Positions 51,901 through 60,221 of a stretch of 60,221 nucleotides of DNA are shown here, in pieces. The stretch comes from Lenisia limosa (taxonomy: Eukaryota > Protista > Breviatea): contig LPNZ01011044.1 in NCBI GenBank assembly GCA_001655205.1, positions 1 to 60,221 on the forward strand, in the 5' to 3' direction. The notes beneath the pieces were generated by a model. That model was not told the origin of the DNA. It did not search any database and was given only the letters and a program-made list of their open reading frames with translations. Positions within the stretch are counted from its first letter, which is position 1, and each line of letters starts with the position of its first letter. A program made the translations under genes and the position numbers.

Positions 51901-54900
51901 TTGTATGCTTCAAAACACAGCACCTTGCACTGTATGCTCGGCTTACACGATGAGTGCATGCTTTTGCTTCAGTATGACAGCGGCGTTTTTTTGGTGCTCG
52001 TCTTGGAGGCTAGCAAATGCACCAAGTTCCATAGTTGTCTGATAATAAGTATTTCCCTGTGAATAACATACCTTTCTCTGAAGGTGCATGATGGATAACC
52101 TAGACGTTTCCTCGCAGATCACGGCGATCTTGGCCTTGGCCGCATGGAAGTCCTGTACAAGCTTTCGAAGCTCCTCGATGACAATTAAGCTCTCCTTCAC
52201 AAAGTGATCGACGCCGGTTTTCGTTGCCCACGCGAGACGGCTCAGCCCAGGATGTAATTTGCGATCCACTGAAGTGTAAGGGAGCGTTAAAGTCCACCAC
52301 TGTTCACATACCGACAGCAAGCCGCTCAGTGAACAAAATTCGCTCCCCGGTCGACAACGCGTCCAGGACACTGTTGTATGACGCAGCCTGGAGGGTTATT
52401 GTGATTTCGGAGATTGGTTCAATATTAAATCTTTGGTGGTGGAGGATAGCGCAAACAAATACCGATAAATATAAGAGAAAATCATACAGTTGTTACTACA
52501 TGTGCTTTTTTTTTTTTTCAAGTTTCCTACCAGAACAATTAGCTGCTCCTTGAGGACGGATAAGCGGTCTCTTTGTTTGTACACATCCATAGCATGGTAG
52601 GGGATCTCAAGTCGGAGCATTTCCCAATAGCGAACTTCCTCTAAAAGGCGCTGGAGCTGAGGATCGAAATGGCTGAAATGGTTAACACTTAGAAGAGCAA
52701 AGTGCAGTCTACCCACCATTTGATAGTGCCACTCGGTGTGCGAGCCAATAACTTGGATTCGAGTTTACGTGAAGAATTCGAACCAATAACATCAATCCAT
52801 TCCTGGTATTGCCTCTTGATGTACTCATCTAAACGAATAACAAAACGCAAAACAACATTACCCAAGGCAAGAGTTGTTTGATCGTGGAGTGTTTCTGCTT
52901 CTTCCGCCTCTCGACTAGTTGGGAGGGATGGAGTGTTCCTGAGAGAATGAGTCAATACAGCGTCTCAGGCCTACTGGAGTTGTTGCCATTGTTTGTCGCA
53001 TCTGTTTCTGAGTGTTCGCGCCCAAATGGCAGCTCCTGCGTATTGTGGCAAATCCCGGCCAAGTGGAGGGTTGGATTTAGTTCGGTCAAACTGTCTCTTC
53101 ACTGCGATTGTATCCTGAAGTGTCAAAAGGTCAGCAGGCAGTTGAGGGTGCGTAATCCAACCTTTATGTAGACGGTGTAGAGAGAGGAGACTTTCCTTGA
53201 CACGGCTCTGATTACGCCTTCACGCCTCGCCAAGGTGCCGAAACTCGTAACAACATCAATTCCGCCGGACACTGTAGATACGCTCCTGCAGTGTCAGCCC
53301 CAACAAAGGAAAGCAGATGACATACGAGTCAAAGGCAGAAGACACGATGTTTTGAATAATAACTTCTAGATCCCTCACGCCGTGCTTGAAAGAGTTGAAA
53401 CCGTCATGCCACTTAGTTGCCTGGAGAGTGAGCGACTATCGACATATCCCTGACTTTGACATCAAGTGCAGTGCCTTCCAGTTGCCGAAGTTGGGTCAGA
53501 AGGTTGCAGAATGAATTTCCAACCTAAAACGTTGGAAAAGAAAGCCAAGACAAGAATAAATTCCACCCTTCATAAAAATAAGAAGCCCCATTAGCTACCT
53601 CTTCGAGACTTTGCGTGACATCTTGACCTCTTGTTCCTCCGAAAATGGGGACCATACTCTGAAAGGTTACCGATGCCATTCCCTTTTGTACCAACCCGGC
53701 CATCAGGAGCCACGAATGTAAATTGACTCCGAGTGTCGCAGACTTCAAGGAGGTCACGGCAGCGTTGAACAAATGCATCAACCTGACCATAAATTCAGGG
53801 CAAAAATTGTTACGATGTAGTATTTATGATGGTTTAACCAAACAAACCTGAGCGAAGATACTTGATGGCCCGACATTCCAGGTTTTTGTTTGCCCCCCAT
53901 CAGCGGCGGCGGNNNNNNNNNNNNNNNNNNNNNNNNNNNNNNNNNNNNNNNNNNNNNNNNNNNNNNNNNNNNNNNNNNNNNNNNNNNNNNNNNNNNNNNN
54001 NNNNNNNNNNNNNNNNNNNNNNNNNNNNNNNAGCTCGGAATAACAGAAACCACTTCACCTAAGGAATAAGGAGACGTAAAACAGAAGCAAGACGCACCGG
54101 CAAAGATGTCAGGAAGGGAAATGCGAGCACAGCATTGAGTGATGATTTGAGAAGAGACTCGTCCGAGAAGAGCAGCAAGGCGGTCGGTGGCTGTGGTGTG
54201 AAATTACTGATCATATGCGGGCGGAGGGATGAGGGAACTATGCAAACAGCTCACCTGCAAAATATATATAGCAATGAGAAATAAAAAATAAGCTAGTATC
54301 TGACCGAAGAGATATTGGATTATAGTATAATATAATTCACCCAATCATTTGCCTTATAACTCTGTGCAAACAGCTTTCTGATGGCCTCCCCAGCAAACCT
54401 GCAAAATAGGCAGAAGTTGCGCTAATGTCTCTGATACCCTCTAGAAGACTTGCAAGAATATCCTCCATTTCGGGGGGAGATGCCTAAAAAAAAAAATAAC
54501 AACGGGGGATGGACTAGTACCTTAAAATTCATCCTTGAACAAATAGCCCCCCCCCCCNNNNNNNNNNNNNNNNNNNNNNNNNNNNNNNNNNNNNNNNNNN
54601 NNNNNNNNNNNNNNNNNNNNNNNNNNNNNNNNNNNNNNNNNNNNNNNNNNNNNNNNNNNNNNNNNNNNNNNNNNNNNNNNNNNNNNNNNNNNNNNNNNNN
54701 NNNNNNNNNNNNNGGAGTCTTTGATTTGGGACACAAGCTCCAGGAACGGCGGAAGGTAGGAAGACTTGGCATCCTGTGGGTTAGTTAACTCACGGGATGA
54801 ACAGAGAACATACCTCCAAGACTTCAAGGATTCTCACGACACCCGGCTGCTGAACCTGTCCTTTGATACCGGTGAGATCCACGGTCCGGTCCTCCCAGAA

Positions 54901-55812
54901 GGCTAACTCCGCGAGAGGCCCGCCGGCATCAGCATTGCGGTCTCCTAGGATGTCCATGGCACTGTGCACTTCTTTGACTTGCCTCGTCCAGTGGATTAAG
55001 GCGGCTAGAGTATTATTATCTCCAAAAGGCTACTTACACTCTAATCTCTGAATAAGATCCTTGTCCTGTGCGGATTTGTGGACGTCAGAGAGGTCTTCAG
55101 CGGGAACGTACAAAACCGTTGTGCCACGGGCTAAGTGAACCGCCTCCGTAAGTGACGCCATGAACCTGTGAAGCTGCCCTGTGAATTCCTTCTTCAGCGA
55201 GTCAGGCCAAGCTAAAAGGTGAAATCAGCGTTTATGCTTGCAACGCACCGGTAGATCTGAGTAGTGACGGGGCAAAGACCGCGTTCATTTGGGTGAGTAA
55301 GGCTCTGAGGGGAGGGCCCGTCACCGTGCCACACTGTTACCGTCAGGATTTGTTCAATAGAGTATTCAATAAGAAAATAACTGCAACATGCTGACCAGCA
55401 TAAACTTGTGCATTGTCGCGAGAGTGGGTTGAGGGCTTGGAATTCGAATGATATACCAAAGACGAGACACTTCTTCGGACGGAACTCTGGGCTGGACAAC
55501 AATTCCGAGATTTGGATCTTCAAAAGACTATTTCGCATTAAAAACAATACAAAGAAAACCTGAGAGGGCAACTAAATCACACCAGCAAACCACTACAAGG
55601 CGTGGGTTCTCAGATTCCCCCTCTAAGAAGGCGTTGATCACTTCATCGTACTCAGATTGCCATGATACGCGCCCTTCAGTGGCCTCAGATGCCCCACGAG
55701 TGAGTCTAGCCCTGATCCACTTTGCTAGCTCCTCAAAGTTCTCTCTCTCATCTGTCTGATTGGGTGTAATTATTGATGTTGCTAATGGAGGAACCACAGT
55801 TGGTTCGGGCAT
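34275..55812 (-). CDS. DNAH2: Axonemal inner-arm dynein heavy chain, I1/f beta type (DNAH2 / Chlamydomonas DHC10-like)
   Basis: AAA1 [59 protein letters not shown]; AAA2 GLTGSGKT; AAA3 GETGVGKT; AAA4 [10 protein letters not shown]; stalk/AAA5 [12 protein letters not shown]; C-terminus [14 protein letters not shown] (TAG 34275-34277), matching my recollection of DNAH2/DHC10 ends. A long N-terminal tail starts at ATG 55812 after a 5'UTR intron. Several N gaps. Confidence 0.9.
37883..37972. mobile_element. Putative 90-bp MITE (non-autonomous TIR element) in a dynein intron
   Basis: Left arm GGGCTTCCCTACGGTCCCAAAAAAGAC versus reverse complement of right arm GGGCTTCCCTGCGGTCCGAAAAAGAC (2 mismatches, 1 indel). 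Flanked by TA on both sides, or by AAAT/AAAT if the ends are drawn at 37881/37974. Confidence 0.7.
48924..48999. repeat. (AAAG)n microsatellite followed by (TAAG)3, in a dynein intron
   Basis: About 16 AAAG units read directly; the sense strand is (CTTT)n. Confidence 0.95.
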
Positions 55813-56158
55813 ATTCGCCCTGAAATTTGAGGAAATCAACAAACAGAGGGTTTTGGCAAAGTTACAAGCTTAAACCAGTATAAATAAGATAAATGTTCAA
55901 AATATTACGTAAATATAAAGCCTTTAGCGTTTAGAAGGCGAAAAACGACGAAAGAATTTTTAGGTTTTTTCTCCATTCTCCGTCCCGGGGAGGGCATATT
56001 TTGTCCATTTTTTTATTTTCCCAGAAAAAAAAAACCCTTTACTTTTGACTTGCTGCATCAGTTCATTTTTACTGTGTTTTTATCAGCTGTGCGCTTCACA
56101 GATTTTGATAAAATTTGTTCACATTTCTTTATTTCTTCTCTGACGTCTCGTAGAGCAG

Positions 56159-58832
56159 ATGGTTGCCCCAAAACAACATCAGCTTCAGCCACAGGTTTTG
56201 GCCTCAGAGGCCTCAAAGGAAATCAAAGAAAACCCAGTGGCAAGTTCGTGGGTGTATGATTCGTTTGATATTCCGAGGGAATATATGACTCCTGTACTGA
56301 TGATATCTCCTTTTTTCAAAGAAATACATTCATTTATTGCTTTAGAACCAAAGACTGAGACTGTGGCCGCAAGTGAGTTATTGCCTCTTCTATTCAGGCG
56401 CTTCTGCCATCATGAACTGCTGTTTCCATGTTTCACATTTGCTTTCTTTTAATAAGACACCTTCTGTCGTTCCTCTAGAGCTTTTCCCTTCTGGAATGTT
56501 GTGTCTCCATTGCTTATTTGTCTTAGCTGATGTCCACATTGAGCAACTTGACGTTGATGAGACGGTTTCAAAAGGTGAGCTTGGCTTAATCTGTTCGTTT
56601 GTTTTCATCTTTTTGGGTATCTCAACTTTATTCCAGCCCGGATAGCCTTCTTGGTTTTGCTTTTTTACAATTAAAAAATACACAAAAAAACATAGAGATG
56701 ACGATAGAGATGACATAGAAAGCCAGAGACAAGACAGTCTCTCCTTTACTCTGTTGTTTATGTTCTTTCACACTGCTGCGCCTTCCAAGGCACTGATGTT
56801 ACATTTTGGAGCAAAATAGCAGAATATTGCACCAAAGGATAAAATCTAACTTCAATGCTTCTTTTTGAAGTTCCTGATCTCCATCTCACCCCTCTTCTTC
56901 CTTCTTCACAAAATGTAGCAACGGCAACTGTCAGCTCTTCTATTTTCAACCAGACCAATGTAGGCCCAAGGAGAGCCCTTTGGTGACGCTTACTTTTAAA
57001 AGGGGACCAATTGATATATGTAATTTCAACATTTCAACTCTTTCGCACAACCTTGATTTCACAGACTATTATCGGAGCTGGAATCCTCTCAACCCCACTT
57101 GTGTTTTCTTGGTTGGTCTCGAGGGTGGCTTGATCCCCACTGATATTATAGGAATGGAGCTCTTTTGCAGACTGGACTACTTTTTGTGGCCGCATTAGTC
57201 ATGGGCTGGACTGCAGGTGTGATTCTTGTTACTTACTCATGGTATAGCGTTTCTTGTGAAAGCAGGTGATATGGCAAAAACAACAAATTACCGCCAACTT
57301 GTCAAGACTGCGCTTGGTCCTAAGTGGGCTAAGTTACTTCTCATTGGACAGGTAAGCGGCTTTTTCTTTTCTATAATCTCGGTTCATCATTTGATTGCTT
57401 TTCTTCCTCTTGAATTTTATATTTTTTTTATTAACACTGGCAGATTATGACCATGAGCGGTACTATGGTTATTTATACTATTCTTGTGGCTGACTTCGGT
57501 AGGAAGTGTCTCCTACGTTTTCTTATAACCGCGCAGGAACAAATGTACTCGCAGACTTTGGGGTCAGCGTATCACGGTTGACAGTTCTCTTGGTAGTTGG
57601 TGAGTTACTTTTGATCTTAAATATAACTTTTCAGGATGTGGAATCATGCTCCCACTCTGCTTGTTGAAATCTCTCAACGCGCTGCGTTTCAGCTCAGTCA
57701 TGGCAATTGTGTTCATTTTATACTTCATTTGCGCGAGTACTGGTGACTCTGTTGTTCAGGTGAGGTTTGGTGCAAGAAAAAAGCTGGAAACTGATATTTG
57801 GGACTTTTAGTGTTCCTGTACACTCATCTATACAGACAACTCTTCATGGTGTGTCTTCGTCATTTGGATTAGTGACCTTGTCTTCAAACCTGTTCCTCTC
57901 TGTTCCGATCACTTTGATGGCGTTCCAGTCACATGTCATGATCTTGCCAATTTATTCTGAGTTGAAGGGTATGTTCATCGGTTTTTTCTGATTTCAATCC
58001 AGCTGTTGGAGAGACCAAGGAGGAGAAGGCCAAAAACAAGCGTCGTGATATGCTGAAGGTCATCACAGTGTCTTTCACTCTCTGTGCTTTCTTGGTATGC
58101 TGCTAATAATTTACGAATCCTTCTTTGTTCATTTCGCTGCGATGAAGTCGTCTTTTTTCCTCACACAAATAGTATCTTCTTGCTGGCATGGCTGGATTCA
58201 TGCGTTGGGGTGACCGCATTGATAGCGGAAATGTCCTCAACATTTACTCTGATTACGAGGTTTGTGTCCAATCTTACAATCAAAGCTAACGGAATAGGAT
58301 GAACTGATGGCTCCTTGGATGTTCACACTTGCACAGTCCCTCTTTCTCTTCGTTATTGTCTTTAGGTATGGAAAAGTGGACTGTCTGTCTTATTTTATTT
58401 GTTAGTTACCCTTTGATTTGTTTCGCTGTTCGAGTTGGAGTTGAAGACCTTGTTTTCCCTGAAACTAAGCCGTCGTATGCTCGTGGAGCTCTGATTTCAG
58501 TCGTATTCTTTTCCTTCTCTATTCTTATTGGCTACTTGGTCTCAGGTGGGTTGAGTTTTTTTTTATTCCTTGTAATACTTAAGATGTGAGCATTGTTTTC
58601 TCAATTATCGGCTCTGTTGCTGCGCCCTTAACTTCTTTGATTTTCCCTTGCATGTCATTTTACCAAATGCAAAAGAACACTGGAAAGGTCACGATTGAAT
58701 CATATTTGTGAGCTGGGTTAATTTAAATATATTTTTCGGTAGTTTTTTTGTTCTGATTTTTGTAGTGCAATTGTGATCACCTTTGTTGGCATTTTTCTTG
58801 GTATTGCAGGTCTCTACGTTACTCTTGCCTAA
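56159..58832 (+). CDS. Amino acid transporter, SLC38/AVT (Aa_trans/AAAP) family
   Basis: TIIGAGILSTP, NYRQLVKTALGPKW, IMLPLCLLKSLNALRFSSVMAI, SVPITLMAFQSHVMILPIYSEL, LFVSYPLICFAVR, VFSIIGSVAAPLTSLIFP. Stop TAA 58830-58832. N-terminal exons are less certain. Confidence 0.88.
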
Positions 58833-59015
58833 TTATTGTTCTTTTCTTTCTTTTTTCGAGCTGTTGTGAGCGCCCTGTGAACCATACCATTCACCAATGC
58901 AATTTGTTGAATATTATCCGGCAGCACTCCACATCATGCCACATCGTCTAATAAGCATATTATGGTATAGTATCATATCTTCTTCAGATCGATATGATAT
59001 GGTATGTAAAGTAAA

Positions 59016-59400
59016 CTACTGTGATATACATATTTGCAAAGATAATACAGGCGAAAAGGATAAAATGGTGTGCAGCTGAATATCATCAAAGTAAGAAATA
59101 TTATTCAGAAATGAAACGATGTTAGCTATTACATCCTCGTTCATAAAACTCCAAAAGAAGCAACTCAGAAGCTCAGTTAACGATTTTCTGTTTGAAGCTC
59201 CTAGAACTACACCAATTAGAGAGAGACAGACAAACCAGTTGGAGTATGAAGACGACTGCTTTTTAGACTGTGCGTAAGCATCCATGAAAGAAACGGTATC
59301 CTCAGTGTTGGGTTGTGCAGATTGAATTACAGGGTGGTGGAACAAGTGATACCTGCTCAAAGATGACCTGTGCTATGAGAAGGGAAGTCAACAATTTTGC
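59016..59400 (-). CDS. Possible 3' part of an unidentified gene
   Basis: Open frame DTVSFMDAYAQSKKQSSSYSNW with plausible GT/AG sites. Upstream exons may lie in or beyond the gap at 59453-59525. No family recognised. Confidence 0.25.
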
Positions 59401-59637
59401 CCCTTTGGGGCATATATCAATAGTAAATACCCTTTCAACCCCCCCCCCCCCCNNNNNNNNNNNNNNNNNNNNNNNNNNNNNNNNNNNNNNNNNNNNNNNN
59501 NNNNNNNNNNNNNNNNNNNNNNNNNCAGTTCAGTTCATTGGCGGTCATTAAATTTTCCCAGGAATGATTGATTTTGAGGCTTTTCTCTATCTCTTTCTCT
59601 TATATGCAGCTTATATGTACAGTATTAAAACTAAATC

Positions 59638-60110
59638 AAGTTTGAAAGAGGGAAACCCCCAAAACTCTCATCCCCTTTTGGAATGTTCTTTACCGTAAAC
59701 TTTTAAGCAAAATTGCAGTTCTAAATACCTTTAACACAATTAGGAAGATAATTCAAGAACATTCCGTGTGAAATGACCCAAATATAGCACATATACAGAG
59801 TGAACATATATGCTGAAAACAACATTCTAAAATTGAGTGAAATGTAAACCTTAAAAAAATATTCATCCAACAGGTGATCATCTATTTCATTGGGTGATCA
59901 TCAAGAGCACCCCCTTTTAAGTGAGAATCTCATCCAAACAATCCTTTCGGAATGTAGTCTTTAGTAATATCATATTTTCATATTTTAAGCTTCTGAGTAC
60001 TTAGTCTTTTCTCCCTATGCCTCTATAGGCACTTGTTGTCTTTAATTCAATTAAAGGTTAGTATATTGATAAACTACCGCGAATTTTGAGGGTTTCCCAC
60101 TGTCAAACTT
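59638..60110. mobile_element. 473-bp AT-rich element bounded by 32-bp imperfect inverted repeats (possible decayed MITE)
   Basis: 59638-59669 AAGTTTGAAAGAGGGAAACCCCCAAAACTCTC versus reverse complement of 60079-60110 AAGTTTGACAGTGGGAAACCCTCAAAATTCGC: 27/32 identical. No clear TSD. Confidence 0.45.
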
Positions 60111-60221
60111 CTCGTCCTCGGTCAAGTTGTTTTCCCTACAGAAAAAGGGCACATGTGCTGTAGTTAATTAAAAAAAAATCGACTCAGATGTGTCTTTGTA
60201 ACCATTTTATATAAAATACCT

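Noticed and set aside
1872-58832. Introner-type family of near-identical introns
   Set aside because: Apart from splice signals, I saw no shared sequence between different introns and no systematic junction duplications.

Overview
Eukaryotic genomic scaffold, gene-dense and very intron-rich (mostly 26-60 nt GT-AG introns, CTRAY-type branch points, several N gaps). The axonemal dynein points to a flagellated organism; the taxon cannot be assigned from this window. By manual splicing I find, in order: Aurora kinase (-), kinesin-8 (+), a large RasGEF (-) with a helical N-terminal region, REM, RA-like inserts and CDC25 domain, proteasome lid subunit Rpn6/PSMD11 (+), P5A-ATPase Spf1/ATP13A1 (+), an unrecognised hydrophobic protein (-), CEBPZ/Noc1 (+), WDR5 (-), TBC1D22/Gyp1 RabGAP (-), inner-arm I1/f-beta dynein heavy chain DNAH2/DHC10 (-, about 21.5 kb), an SLC38/AVT-type amino acid transporter (+), and a possible gene fragment near the end. 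The most notable observations are: a P5A-ATPase whose DKTGT phosphorylation motif reads DKTLT; the unusual RasGEF architecture; a 90-bp TIR element inside a dynein intron; a 473-bp element bounded by inverted repeats; and recurrent 21-31 bp tandem duplications and poly-G runs in introns. I see no clear multi-gene novel system, tRNA, rRNA or CRISPR array. All family calls are from motif recognition, not database searches.
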